Notes: generated by a model not told the origin, from the sequence alone. Shown: positions 47,721 to 58,145, counted from the first letter of the stretch. The stretch: DNA of 60,588 nucleotides from Rhodospirillaceae bacterium (GCA_037135115.1 JBAXKX010000001.1:1-60588), one strand, 5' to 3'. Made by a program: numbers and translations.

Positions 47721-48686
47721 TCAGTTCTCTGGCTGCTCCAGCTTCCATAACTCTCTAATCACCATCAGTGGCGAGCTATCCCGCCCGATTAATTGGTGGC
47801 GGAACCAAGTTACTTGGCGCTTGGCGTAGCGTCGGGTCGATTGCTGGGCCAGAGCTATCGATTGATCGAGGGACAACTCTCCCGCCAGATGACGGCGCAA
47901 CTCGGGCACCCCCAGCGCCTTCATGAGGGGCAAGGCGGGATCAAGGTTCGAGGAGACAAGCGCCCGGACCTCGTCAAGCGCGCCGGCCGCGACCATCGCC
48001 CCAAATCGGCCGTCGCAGGTGGCGTAAAGTTCCGGACGGGACGGGTCAAGAACAATAATGGCGAAGTGTAGGCCGGGCGGTGGGCCGTCGCTGCCAGCCT
48101 TTTGCCACAGTGAAAGCGACTTGCCGGTCGCCTCCAGTACCTCCCATGCACGCACCAGACGTTGGCCGTCTTCGGGCCGGAGTCGGAGCGCCCTGTCCGG
48201 ATCCCTAGCCCCAAGCTCGGCATGAAGCCCGGCCGCACCCAGCACCTCTAGCCGGAGGCGCGCCGCTTGGCGAATTTCAGACGGAATCGACGGCACGACG
48301 GCTAACCCCTCCAGCAGCGCCCGCAAATAAAGGCCGGTGCCGCCAGTCACCACCGGGACTTGGCCGGCAGCTTGGGCACCAAAGATAGCAGAAATCGCCA
48401 GATCGCGCCAACGCGCCGCCGAGCAGACATCACAGGCTGAAAGCTCGCCGTAAAGCAGGTGCGGAACCGCCTTCAGCGCTTCAACACCCGGGCGGGAGGT
48501 CAAAATCGCCAAGTCCCGGTAGACCTGCATACTGTCGGCATTGATCACAGCACCGCCAAGTTTGCGGGCCAGTTCCAGCGCCAGCCCGGACTTGCCCGAC
48601 GCAGTCGGTCCCCCGATCACCAGCACAAAGCCAGGCTTAGTGGCGGCGCGAACGGCAAATTCAAAAACGGAATGAAACATATCCAT
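47721..48686 (-). CDS. miaA: tRNA dimethylallyltransferase
   Basis: P-loop IGGPTASGKSGLALELA, INADSMQVYRDL, TGGTGLYLRALLEG, YAKRQVTWFR. Confidence 0.93.
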   Translation of the reverse strand: MDMFHSVFEFAVRAATKPGFVLVIGGPTASGKSGLALELARKLGGAVINADSMQVYRDLAILTSRPGVEALKAVPHLLYGELSACDVCSAARWRDLAISAIFGAQAAGQVPVVTGGTGLYLRALLEGLAVVPSIPSEIRQAARLRLEVLGAAGLHAELGARDPDRALRLRPEDGQRLVRAWEVLEATGKSLSLWQKAGSDGPPPGLHFAIIVLDPSRPELYATCDGRFGAMVAAGALDEVRALVSSNLDPALPLMKALGVPELRRHLAGELSLDQSIALAQQSTRRYAKRQVTWFRHQLIGRDSSPLMVIRELWKLEQPEN

Positions 48687-48816
48687 AGGACAGGTGCAGC
48701 GCGAGGTAATGCGGTAAGGTAAAATACAGTAACCTAAGCGGTTGCTCGGGAGAACCCCGACTGCTAATCACAAAGATCTAGGAACGTCTCGCGCACTCCC
48801 ACCATGACAGGTTGAC

Positions 48817-50064
48817 ATGTCACTGCCGCTCCTCCGCCCGTTCACCGGCCTGCGCCCCCTGCCCGAGTATGCGGCCAGCGTCGCCGCCCCTCCCTATGAC
48901 GTGCTCGACTCCGAGGAGGCGCGCGCGCTGGCTGCGGGCAAGCCCTGGAGTTTTCTCCACATTTCCAAGCCTGAGATCGATTTTCCTCCCGGCACATCCC
49001 CCTATGCCGACGAAGTCTATGCTAGGGGCGCGGAAAACTTGAAGCGTCTGATCAAGGCGAACATCCTCACTCGCGAATCGACACCGTGCTTTTACGCCTA
49101 TCGGCTGATTATGGGCGACCACGTCCAGACCGGACTGGTTGGTGCCGCCTCGGTCGCAGCCTATGAGAGCAACCGGATTCGCCGACATGAATTCACCCGC
49201 CCCGACAAGGAGGATGATCGAGTCCGCCAGATCGAGGCAGTTAATGCCCAGACCGGGCCGGTACTTATCGCCCACCCCGAGCATCCAGACCTTACTTCCG
49301 TGCTGAAGACCGTGACCGCCTCACCGCCAGCCTTCGCCCTTACCGCTCATGATGGTATCGGTCACGCCCTGTGGATTATTTCCGATCAGGTTTTAGTTAA
49401 CACCGTCATTCATGCCTACGACTCGATTGCGGCGGTTTACATTGCCGACGGCCACCACCGTTCGGCAGCGGCTGCCCGGGTGGCGGCGGCTCGACGGTCT
49501 TTGTCGATTGAATTCGCCCCAGAGGCGGCACACGAGTCGTTCCTGGTGGTCAGCTTCCCGATTAGTGAGATGAAAATTTTCGACTACAACCGCGTGGTTC
49601 GCGACCTTAACGGCCAAGACCGCGTGGGCTTCCTGGCGGCGCTGACCACAGCCTTCGCCATCGAGGTATGTGACGGTCAGGCCCGCCCACGCACGGCACG
49701 CGAATTTGGCCTTTACTTGCCGGGTCAGTGGTATCGGTTGAGCCTGCGCCAGCCTCTGCCGCCAGCCAGCGAGCCGGTAGCACGGCTCGACGTCAGCCTG
49801 CTGTCCGACCGACTGCTTGGCCCTGTACTCGGCATCACTGATCTACGCAAGGATAAGCGCATCGATTTTGTCGGAGGTAAACGCGGATTGTCCGAGTTGG
49901 AACGGCGGGTCGACAGCGGTGAAATGGCGGCCGCCTTCGCTCTTTATCCGACCCAAATGGAAGACCTGATTGCGGTTGCCGATGCAAACGAGGTCATGCC
50001 GCCCAAATCGACTTGGTTCGAACCGAAACTTGCCGATGGAATGGTGTCCAACCCGCTAGTTTGA
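48817..50064 (+). CDS. DUF1015 family protein
   Basis: PYDVLDSEEAR, YIADGHHRSAAA, MPPKSTWFEPKL. It is adjacent to serB, as commonly seen. Confidence 0.75.
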   Translation: MSLPLLRPFTGLRPLPEYAASVAAPPYDVLDSEEARALAAGKPWSFLHISKPEIDFPPGTSPYADEVYARGAENLKRLIKANILTRESTPCFYAYRLIMGDHVQTGLVGAASVAAYESNRIRRHEFTRPDKEDDRVRQIEAVNAQTGPVLIAHPEHPDLTSVLKTVTASPPAFALTAHDGIGHALWIISDQVLVNTVIHAYDSIAAVYIADGHHRSAAAARVAAARRSLSIEFAPEAAHESFLVVSFPISEMKIFDYNRVVRDLNGQDRVGFLAALTTAFAIEVCDGQARPRTAREFGLYLPGQWYRLSLRQPLPPASEPVARLDVSLLSDRLLGPVLGITDLRKDKRIDFVGGKRGLSELERRVDSGEMAAAFALYPTQMEDLIAVADANEVMPPKSTWFEPKLADGMVSNPLV

Positions 50065-50098
50065 TTATATTCCCGCAGCTATTTTCAGGAGGAGTGCT

Positions 50099-50989
50099 AT
50101 GAATGCAGTTTTGACCCTTATTGCCGCACCGGATACCGACTTTGATCAATCTCAGGTCGAGGCCGTACGTGACGCTCTGTCGGAACTTGGCATAGACAGT
50201 AGCGCCCCCGCTTGGTTGTCGCTCCGGCGGGCCTGTGATATTTCGTTCTGCGGTTCGCCCGATCAGGCTGACGCAGCGGCGCGGCGGGTTCTGGGAAATG
50301 CCCCAATCGACGTGGTGGCCCAACACCAACTTGACCGCCGCAAGCGGCTGCTGCTGGCCGACATGGAGTCGACGATAATCCGCCAGGAAATGCTTGATGA
50401 GCTGGGCATCCTGGCCGGGCATGGTGAGAGCGTCGCCGATATTACTCGCTCTGCGATGAACGGTGAAATCCCTTTCGATCAAGCGATGATAGATCGGGTG
50501 GCATTGTTCGCTGGCTTGCCGGTAACGGCGTTGGAGTCGGCATGTGACCGCATCACCTTGACACCGGGCGCGCTCGTCCTGGTACGCACTATGCGTAAGT
50601 TCGGGGCTTGGTGCGTCCTGGTTTCGGGCGGCATCCGCGTCTTTAGCGATCGAGTCGCAACTATGGTCGGTTTCGATGCCCGTAGCGGCAACAATCTGGA
50701 AATCGTCGGCGGCAAGCTGACCGGGCGATTAGTGATGCCGATTCTCGGCCCTGACAGTAAGGCTGATCTGCTGGTTCGCACCGTCGTGGCTCGACGTATC
50801 CCGATTCGCGCAACTCTGGCAGTTGGGGATGGGGCGAACGACTTGCCGATGCTGGGTATCGCCGGACTTGGGGTTGCTTTCCATGCACGGCCCGCCGTCG
50901 TTGCGGCCACCCGTGTTCGCATCAACTATGCCGACTTGACCGGCTTGCTCTATGCCCAAGGTTACGGACGAAACGATTTTGTCACATGA
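50099..50989 (+). CDS. serB: phosphoserine phosphatase
   Basis: HAD motifs LLLADMESTII, VSGG and GDGANDLPML, with an N-terminal ACT-like extension. Confidence 0.88.
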   Translation: MNAVLTLIAAPDTDFDQSQVEAVRDALSELGIDSSAPAWLSLRRACDISFCGSPDQADAAARRVLGNAPIDVVAQHQLDRRKRLLLADMESTIIRQEMLDELGILAGHGESVADITRSAMNGEIPFDQAMIDRVALFAGLPVTALESACDRITLTPGALVLVRTMRKFGAWCVLVSGGIRVFSDRVATMVGFDARSGNNLEIVGGKLTGRLVMPILGPDSKADLLVRTVVARRIPIRATLAVGDGANDLPMLGIAGLGVAFHARPAVVAATRVRINYADLTGLLYAQGYGRNDFVT

Positions 50990-51107
50990 ATGGCCCGCTC
51001 CCGACTCTATAATATCTAAGAACTGCGGTCTTTCCGATAATTCTCTTGACCGGAACCGTATTGCACCGCAGATATGGCGACCGAACTGACGTTGGAATAT
51101 TTGCTCT

Positions 51108-51326
51108 ATGGCTAAAGAAGATTTGATTGAATTCTCGGGAACCGTGATGGAGTTGCTCCCCAACGCGATGTTCCGGGTCAAGCTCGACAACGAACATGAA
51201 GTTTTGGCGCATACATCGGGTAAGATGCGTAAGAATCGTATCCGCGTGCTGGCAGGTGATCGTGTCAATGTAGAAATGACGCCTTACGACCTGACCAAAG
51301 GTCGCATCACTTTCCGCTTCAAATAG
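51108..51326 (+). CDS. infA: translation initiation factor IF-1
   Basis: [53 protein letters not shown]. Confidence 0.97.
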   Translation: MAKEDLIEFSGTVMELLPNAMFRVKLDNEHEVLAHTSGKMRKNRIRVLAGDRVNVEMTPYDLTKGRITFRFK

Positions 51327-51351
51327 CTAGGCCGGAAAGTCGGTAAGCCGG

Positions 51352-51936
51352 ATGGCTGTTGAGATGCGCCTTGTGCTTGCCTCGGCTTCGCTGCGTCGCA
51401 TTGATTTGCTGCGCCAAATCGGGATAGAGCCGACACTGATCGATCCTCCGGACATTGACGAAACCCCCTTGGCGCGTGAGCTGCCGGCCCAACACGCCGT
51501 GCGTCTGGCGGCGGCAAAGGCGCGTGTGGTGGCGGTACGGCACCCTGGGGTCTTGGTGCTGGCTGCGGATACTGTGGTTGCGTGCGGTCGTCGCATCTTG
51601 CCTAAGGCCGAAAACGCCGATACGGCGCGAAAATGCCTTGAGCTGCTTTCGGGGCGGCGCCATCGTGTGTTTAGCGGCGTGGCTTTGATCGCTCCCGATG
51701 GCCGGATGCGTGAAAGACTGGTTATAAGCGACGTGACCTTTAAGGTCTTGAGCGAACCCGAGATCAAGGACTACCTTGCCTCGGGCGAATGGAGCGGCAA
51801 GGCCGGTGGCTATGCCATCCAGGGTCGAGCCGCCTGCTTTGTACGGCGTGTCGGTGGCTCATACAGCAACATCGTTGGGCTGCCGCTGTTCGAGGTTTCA
51901 GGGCTGCTGGGTGGTTGCGGACTGCGGCTACTGTGA
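51352..51936 (+). CDS. maf: Maf-family nucleoside triphosphate pyrophosphatase
   Basis: LVLASASLRRIDLL, LAADTVV, GKAGGYAIQG. Confidence 0.9.
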   Translation: MAVEMRLVLASASLRRIDLLRQIGIEPTLIDPPDIDETPLARELPAQHAVRLAAAKARVVAVRHPGVLVLAADTVVACGRRILPKAENADTARKCLELLSGRRHRVFSGVALIAPDGRMRERLVISDVTFKVLSEPEIKDYLASGEWSGKAGGYAIQGRAACFVRRVGGSYSNIVGLPLFEVSGLLGGCGLRLL

Positions 51937-51944
51937 ACCAGCCT

Positions 51945-53195
51945 ATGTCCGAGCTATTGATCGAACATCGCCGCCCGCTATTACGTGCAGCGGTGGTCAG
52001 TTCTGGTCGCCTTACCGATCTCCACATCGACCGAGTTGACCGCGACGGCCACATAGACCGCGATGACCGCGATGACGGCCATGTTGATCGCGACGGTCAG
52101 GCTTGCCCCAGAACCGGCTCGCTGTGGCTAGGCCGAGTCGAAAGGCTGGTCTCTGGTATTAACGCCGCTTTCATCGACCTTGGCACTGGTAAGGCCGGAT
52201 TGTTGGGAATGACCGATGTCCGGCTCCAGGGAGGTAAACGACCGGAGCCCGGAACCGCAATCGGCACGCTGCTGTGCGGGGGGCAGGCGGTACTGGTCCA
52301 GGTCAAGGCCGAGGCCGTCGGGGCCAAGGGACCAAGCCTCGCCATGGAGGTTTCGCTGCCTGGTCGCTTCTTGGTCCATGTCCCCTTTCGCAACGGGGTA
52401 ACGGTGTCAAAACGGGTCGATCCGGGTTCGGCGCGGGCCGCACTGACCCAGCGACTCCAGGCACTAACTGTTGGTAACGGTTGGATCGCGCGTTCTGGAA
52501 CGGACGCCATTATTGATGACCGACTGATCGCTGCGGAATCCGACATGCTGGCTGCGCAATGGCGAGAGCTGGGACGCCGTGCCGCTACGTCAAGCGCCCC
52601 TTCATTGCTCCAGCCGGGACCCGATGCCGCTCGCCGGGCCGTCATTGGCCACGGCCCCAGGCCACTGGGCAAGCTGGTTGTGGACGCGCCTGCCGTTTGG
52701 GCCAACAACTTTGCCGAATGGTGCGCCGTGGCGGCTCCCGATCTCGTCCCGCTTATCGAATCGGTCGCCTTGATCAAGCGAAACGGCGCAGTATTCGAGC
52801 GCGGCGATGTCGAAGGGCAAATACTGGCACTGACTAGGCCGCTGGTCAGACTAGCGGGTGGCGGCAGCTTGATCATCGAGCACACCCAGGCGCTGACCGC
52901 AATAGACGTCAATGCCGGTGAGCACGGCAACCCCCTCTCCGTCAATCTAGAGGCTGCGACCGAGATCGCTCGCCAACTGCGACTGCGCAACATCGGCGGC
53001 ATAGTGGTGGTGGACTTTGTTTCAATGCCCCGGCGCAGCGACGGCAAACGCCTAGTTGATGCCCTAACGGCCGCAGTACGCAACGATCCGGTGCAGACCG
53101 AGGTTTACGGCCTATCGAAACTTGGATTGCTTGAGCTGACCCGAGCCCGGCGCGGTCCCATGCTAGCCGAACTGCTGCTTATTGAAGCCGGTTAA
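51945..53195 (+). CDS. rng: ribonuclease G/E family (Rng/CafA-like) with an Asp/Arg/His-rich insertion
   Basis: GSLWLGRVERLVSGINAAFIDLG (S1), TAIDVNAGE, GGIVVVDFV. ATG 51945 follows the maf stop. The track extension overlapping maf is rejected. Confidence 0.85.
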   Translation: MSELLIEHRRPLLRAAVVSSGRLTDLHIDRVDRDGHIDRDDRDDGHVDRDGQACPRTGSLWLGRVERLVSGINAAFIDLGTGKAGLLGMTDVRLQGGKRPEPGTAIGTLLCGGQAVLVQVKAEAVGAKGPSLAMEVSLPGRFLVHVPFRNGVTVSKRVDPGSARAALTQRLQALTVGNGWIARSGTDAIIDDRLIAAESDMLAAQWRELGRRAATSSAPSLLQPGPDAARRAVIGHGPRPLGKLVVDAPAVWANNFAEWCAVAAPDLVPLIESVALIKRNGAVFERGDVEGQILALTRPLVRLAGGGSLIIEHTQALTAIDVNAGEHGNPLSVNLEAATEIARQLRLRNIGGIVVVDFVSMPRRSDGKRLVDALTAAVRNDPVQTEVYGLSKLGLLELTRARRGPMLAELLLIEAG

Positions 53196-53328
53196 GTTGG
53201 GGGCTGCTCTTCTCTCTCAAAGGACATTTGGCGTATTGTGTAGGCTGGGGTGGAGTGCGATTATGTGTAATTCTCCGTGAGTTTGGCAAAGTTAAAACCG
53301 TCGTGACGGCGTGAAGTAAGCTAATGGA

Positions 53329-54003
53329 ATGAAGCTGGCATTATTCGATTGTGACGGAACGTTGGTTGATAGCCAGCTGGCCATCGTCTCGGCGATGACG
53401 ACGGCTTGGCTGGCATTTGGCCTTGTCGAAGGTCCGGACCCGGCGGAAGTGCGACGGCTGGCCGCTCTGCCATTAACCGAGGCGATTACCATTATGCTGC
53501 CCGGGCAGGATGCGTGGAAGATCAAACGCTTGTCCGGACTTTGCCGCGATGCTCTCTATCAACGGCGCCACAGTGGCAATCGATTGCCGGAACCTTTATT
53601 TCCAGGCACCCGCGAGGCGCTGGAGGCTTTGCGCGACCACGGCCTGATGCTTGGTATCGCTACCGGCATGTCGTATCATTATCTGGTCGACCTGCTGGAG
53701 CGACATGGCATCAAGGACTGGTTCACGACCTTGCAGACCGCCGACCGGGTTCCCGGCAAGCCCGGTCCAGATATGGTTTTCCGTGCCCTGGAGGAAAGCT
53801 GCACTAAGTTAGATGAGACTGTGGTGATCGGCGACACTACCTACGATATCGAGATGGCGCACGCGGCCGGAGTTGGCTCGATCGGGGTATCGTGGGGCTA
53901 TCACGATGTCCAGGAACTGGCCATGGCCGGTGTTCGGCGTATTGTCAACAGTCGTGAAGAGATGGCCGAAGCCGTGCTTGAAGTGCTGGGCCACAACATA
54001 TGA
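53329..54003 (+). CDS. HAD-superfamily hydrolase (phosphoglycolate phosphatase-like)
   Basis: MKLALFDCDGTLVDS, GIATGMS, VIGDTTYDIEMA. Confidence 0.8.
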   Translation: MKLALFDCDGTLVDSQLAIVSAMTTAWLAFGLVEGPDPAEVRRLAALPLTEAITIMLPGQDAWKIKRLSGLCRDALYQRRHSGNRLPEPLFPGTREALEALRDHGLMLGIATGMSYHYLVDLLERHGIKDWFTTLQTADRVPGKPGPDMVFRALEESCTKLDETVVIGDTTYDIEMAHAAGVGSIGVSWGYHDVQELAMAGVRRIVNSREEMAEAVLEVLGHNI

Positions 54004-54024
54004 GGCGCCACAACATATGAGGCG
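53991..54024. repeat. perfect 17-bp tandem duplication at the HAD-stop / asmA-start junction
   Basis: ccacaacatatgaggcg occurs at 53991-54007 and again at 54008-54024. Copy 1 carries the HAD TGA and copy 2 carries the AsmA ATG. Confidence 0.95.
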
Positions 54025-56014
54025 AATGACGCAGCGTTTGGTTATTGCGGTCAAGGTGGTAACTTTTGTAATGGTTGCAGCCTTTGCGGTTTCTATCATT
54101 TTTATGTGGTATTTTAACAGTAATGACTATCGTAAGGAAGTGGCGGCCGCTTTGACGCAGGCGACCGGAATGGCCGTAGCCATCGACGGCACGGTGTCTT
54201 TTGAACTGATGCCGTTGCCTACCTTCGTCGTATCCGGGGTTCGGGTCGCTAGCCCGCCCTGGTCCGATCGTCCCGAGATATTACGGGCCAACCGGGTTGA
54301 AATCGGTATTTCGCCATTGGATGCATTAGTTTATAAGAACCGGTTGCTGCGGCTTGCGGTTTACGATGCCGAACTTAACCTGGAACGCAACGCTGGCGGC
54401 TTGGCCAACTGGTGGCAGGAGACCGAAACCGGTGCTGTTGCTGGTGCGTATCCTGGAGAGCCGCTAGATATCCGCAGTATCGAGATGTCACGGTTAAGAA
54501 TTGACTATAGGGACGCCGGTACCGGGCGTACCACCAGTTTTAGCATTGATCATGCGTCCGGCGGCATTCCGCTTGACCAGCCACTTACCGTCGCGGTGGT
54601 GGGCGACTATTACGGTACGCCCTTTTCCGTCAGCTTTACCGGGGGCAGCTATACCGACCTGATCAATGACCGGCCACGCTGGGCAGCATCCTGGCGGTTA
54701 GAGGGTGCGGGCACCATCCTGGAGGCTAACGGCACTCTCGATCGACCGCTTAGTGAGGCGACACCCGACCTTTCTTTTACCCTTTCTGGGCAGCTTTTGT
54801 CGGCAATGGCGCCGGTGCTTGGGGGATGGTTACCGGAGATCGGCCCCTATGGTGGCAGCGGTCACTTGAGCGGCGGTTGGTCCCACGCCAGCCTATCCGA
54901 CATCACCGGCTATATTGGGACGAGCGACGTTACCGGAAGGTTGACTATCGGCAGCAGCGGTCCTCGCCCTCGGCTGGAGGGTTATCTTCACGCCAAGGTG
55001 TTGCGCCTGAGTGATCTGAGCGATTTTAAAAATGATGCGTGGGTTCGCCCCGACGACGGCCGCATCTTGGATCCATGGCCACTCCCCTTTGCCGCACTGC
55101 TCGCGGTGGATGCCCATGTCGACCTCAAGATCGGCCGGCTGGTGACTTGGCCGCTCGATCTTTTCGATATAGAGACCTCCGTTGATCTTGGTAATGGCTT
55201 AGTTTCGCTGCAACCTTTGCACTTCACAGTAGCGGGCGGGCGGCTCGAACTTGATATTGGCGTCAATGCCTCGCGTCAGCCGCCAGATATACGTGTTGAT
55301 GGTCGCGGTGATGGGTTGATTTCCGAACGGCTGCTGCCAGCTCTGGGCATGGCCCTGTCGCCGACTGGGCCTTTGTCCTTCGACCTAAATCTAACGGGGT
55401 ATGGACCTAGCTTGCGCGATTTCTTCAGCCATGCTGGTGGTCGTGCTCGGGTAGTGATTGGCCATGGCACACTGCCGATGCGTCATTTCGACCTTATCGC
55501 CAGCGATTTGCTCCAGGCGATCATGCCATGGTCAGTTCGCCACGGCGACCGCACCGAGCTTAACTGCGTAGTCGCCGGAGCCACCTTGCAGGACGGCCTT
55601 GCCACCATTCAGCGCCTGATGATCGACACCACCCGAATAACCGTTACCGGTTCCGGCGAAATCAATTTGGCTACCGAGCAGATTGACCTCAGGCTTGATC
55701 CTCGCCCCAAGGACCCAAGCCTCTTGAGTCTTGCCACTCGGGTCCGGGTGTCTGGCTCTTTGGTTGAATACGGAGCCGCGCCCGACGCGGTTGGGCTGGC
55801 TAAGGGAGCTGCGGCGGGCTTGGCTATGGCCATCGGCGAGCTTAACCCACTGGCGCTGATGTTGCCCTTCGTCAGCATAGGTACCGGGATTGCCAATCCT
55901 TGCCTTAACGAAAAGGCTGGACGCATTCAGACCCCCGACAATCCAGGCCCGGCCGATAGCGTCAGAAGTTTGCTCGACGGCTTTGGCCGTGTCATCGGTA
56001 ACGGGGTGCAGTGA
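54017..56014 (+). CDS. AsmA-family outer-membrane biogenesis protein
   Basis: N-terminal TM helix (VVTFVMVAAFAVSIIF). The protein is long and beta-rich with an AsmA-like C-terminus (ITVTGSGEINLATEQIDLRLDPRPK). ATG 54017 is preferred to the track start inside the HAD gene. Confidence 0.65.
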   Translation: MRRMTQRLVIAVKVVTFVMVAAFAVSIIFMWYFNSNDYRKEVAAALTQATGMAVAIDGTVSFELMPLPTFVVSGVRVASPPWSDRPEILRANRVEIGISPLDALVYKNRLLRLAVYDAELNLERNAGGLANWWQETETGAVAGAYPGEPLDIRSIEMSRLRIDYRDAGTGRTTSFSIDHASGGIPLDQPLTVAVVGDYYGTPFSVSFTGGSYTDLINDRPRWAASWRLEGAGTILEANGTLDRPLSEATPDLSFTLSGQLLSAMAPVLGGWLPEIGPYGGSGHLSGGWSHASLSDITGYIGTSDVTGRLTIGSSGPRPRLEGYLHAKVLRLSDLSDFKNDAWVRPDDGRILDPWPLPFAALLAVDAHVDLKIGRLVTWPLDLFDIETSVDLGNGLVSLQPLHFTVAGGRLELDIGVNASRQPPDIRVDGRGDGLISERLLPALGMALSPTGPLSFDLNLTGYGPSLRDFFSHAGGRARVVIGHGTLPMRHFDLIASDLLQAIMPWSVRHGDRTELNCVVAGATLQDGLATIQRLMIDTTRITVTGSGEINLATEQIDLRLDPRPKDPSLLSLATRVRVSGSLVEYGAAPDAVGLAKGAAAGLAMAIGELNPLALMLPFVSIGTGIANPCLNEKAGRIQTPDNPGPADSVRSLLDGFGRVIGNGVQ

Positions 56015-56055
56015 TAATGGCAGCGGGAGAAGTAACCGGCATGAGAGGAGTTGGC

Positions 56056-56748
56056 ATGAGACGTTTTTACCAGCAGGCAACGTTTACCGAGATTGATGGC
56101 GGCTTTCAGGTGCTGCTTGACGCCAAGCCGGTGCGGACCCCGAGCAAGGCGCCTTTGGTGCTGCGATTGGCCGGGCTGGCCGGGGCTATCGCCGCTGAAT
56201 GGCAGGCTCAGGACCAAGAAGTACTTCCGGGGACCATGCCGCTTATGCAACTCGCCAGCACCACCATTGATCTCACGGCTAGGCAACGGCCAGAGGTAAT
56301 AGACCAACTGGCGGCCTATGCCGCAACCGATCTGTTGTGTTATCGGGTCGCCAATCCTGCAGATTTGGTAGCCCGTGAGAACTTGATCTGGCAGCCTTTG
56401 CTGGATTGGGCGGCACTGCGATTCAACGCTGCATTGCTGGTTCATGTTGGCGTAATGCCGTGTTCTCAACCCGAGGGGGCCTGCCGGGCGCTGCGAAATG
56501 CGATTGAGAGCAGGGACGATTGGATGCTGACTGCGCTCCAGAGCGTCACAACTGGATGCGGCTCGTTGGTAATCGGGTTGGCGCTAATTGAAGGCCGGGT
56601 CAGCCCGGAGGAGGCATTCGAGGCGTCGCAACTGCATGAAAATTTTCAAATCGAGCAATGGGGTGCGGACGAGGAGTCGGGCCGGCGCCAGCAAGCTCTC
56701 AAGGCTGATATCATGCAAGTCCGTCGCTTTATTGATTTATACTGTTAA
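56056..56748 (+). CDS. ATP12-family F1-ATPase assembly chaperone
   Basis: RRFYQQATFTEIDGGFQVLLDAKPVRTPSKAPLVL ... AIAAEW. The start is either ATG 56011 or ATG 56056. Confidence 0.8.
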   Translation: MRRFYQQATFTEIDGGFQVLLDAKPVRTPSKAPLVLRLAGLAGAIAAEWQAQDQEVLPGTMPLMQLASTTIDLTARQRPEVIDQLAAYAATDLLCYRVANPADLVARENLIWQPLLDWAALRFNAALLVHVGVMPCSQPEGACRALRNAIESRDDWMLTALQSVTTGCGSLVIGLALIEGRVSPEEAFEASQLHENFQIEQWGADEESGRRQQALKADIMQVRRFIDLYC

Positions 56749-58145
56749 TGGTTTAGCCCGAAAAAGGAGCGGATGCGGACCAGTAACGGTTCGCCGCCGG
56801 CAGCCGACGTGGTTTCCTGGTCGGGATCAATGCGCTTCCGGTTGGCACGCCGCCGCTGATCGACGATGGCGCCAAGGGCTCCTGCGAGATCGGGCCGGCT
56901 ATGCAGAATCGGCCGCAACTGCTGATCGAATATCTCAAACAGAATAGCCTCGTTGGCGGCAACGACGGTGGCGCTGCGTGGGGCACCGGTAAGCAGCGAC
57001 ATCTCGCCGAACACCTCGCCCGGCCCCAGAATTGCCAGAACGTCGTCACCGCTGCGGACCTCGAGCAGGCCCTCGACCACCACGAACAGCGAATTCCCGG
57101 AATCTCCGGCCGAAACCACCACGCTGCCGGGGGGCTCATGGCGGACCGTCATTTCCTCGGCTAGTTGCTCCAAATCCTCGTCGCTGAGGGCGCGGAACAG
57201 CGCAACATGGCGCAGCACCGCAACCCTACGGGCATCCAGGTCGGGTGCCGCAGTCGGTGCGCGCGCAACCGTTAAGTCTTGGCGGGCATGATAAAGCGCA
57301 ACCCCGCCCAAGCGTAGATGACGGTGAATGTTAGCGATTACCTGGGTCCGTGTAGGTGCCATCGCGTCATAATCGGATACCCAAAACATGACATTATAGC
57401 GCAAGCCGTGGTCGTAAAACCCCTCGATCTGGATGACTGGCGCCGGGGTTAATAGCGTGCGCGAACTGCCCTGGACTGCGGCGAGGAGCAGGCGGCGGAC
57501 CCGGTCTACGGGTGCGTCAAACTCAATGATCACCGGCAAAACGACACGAAAGAAGCGCTGCGGCATACTGTAATTGAGAAACCGGCTTTTCGCGATCATG
57601 CCGTTCGGCACAACTATGGTGATGCCGTCGAGCGTCACCATCCGGGTGGCCCGCCAGTTGATTTCAACAACCTTGCCAACCTGACTATTGGGTGGAAGTT
57701 CCAACCAGTCGCCCAGGCTGTAAGACTGCTCCATGTTGATGCAGACACCGGAAAAGATGTCGACAATTAATTCGCGCAGCGAAAAGCCGAGCACGGCAAC
57801 CAGCACGCTGGAGGTAGTAACCAGCGCCTCCACCGGTTGATGGTAAACGCGGCTTAGCACCACGATCGCAGCGGCAATGAATAGGATTATGGCAACCATG
57901 TCGCCGAGCAAACGCGGCATCGGTCGCTCGCCGTGGCTGACCACCAACCGGAACAGCCTCGCTCCGAACCAAGCCGCCGATAACCAAGCAAGGGTCGCTG
58001 AAATATCGGTAAGGAAGGACTCGGCACCGCGAAACAGCCCGCCCCGGTCAAACGAGGTCATAACGCTAGGCAATGCCAGCGCCGTCGCCACCAGACACAG
58101 TGCCCCAGGCCATAACAGGCGGCGATAAAGTTGTTGTCTCGGCAT
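56745..58145 (-). CDS. MscS-family mechanosensitive channel with a C-terminal cyclic-nucleotide-binding domain
   Basis: TM helices plus the MscS beta domain (LGDWLELPPNSQVGKVVEINWRATRMVTLDG). The cNMP domain reads LFVVVEGLLEV...GEVFGEMSLLTGAPRSATVVA. Confidence 0.85.
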   Translation of the reverse strand: MPRQQLYRRLLWPGALCLVATALALPSVMTSFDRGGLFRGAESFLTDISATLAWLSAAWFGARLFRLVVSHGERPMPRLLGDMVAIILFIAAAIVVLSRVYHQPVEALVTTSSVLVAVLGFSLRELIVDIFSGVCINMEQSYSLGDWLELPPNSQVGKVVEINWRATRMVTLDGITIVVPNGMIAKSRFLNYSMPQRFFRVVLPVIIEFDAPVDRVRRLLLAAVQGSSRTLLTPAPVIQIEGFYDHGLRYNVMFWVSDYDAMAPTRTQVIANIHRHLRLGGVALYHARQDLTVARAPTAAPDLDARRVAVLRHVALFRALSDEDLEQLAEEMTVRHEPPGSVVVSAGDSGNSLFVVVEGLLEVRSGDDVLAILGPGEVFGEMSLLTGAPRSATVVAANEAILFEIFDQQLRPILHSRPDLAGALGAIVDQRRRANRKRIDPDQETTSAAGGEPLLVRIRSFFGLNH

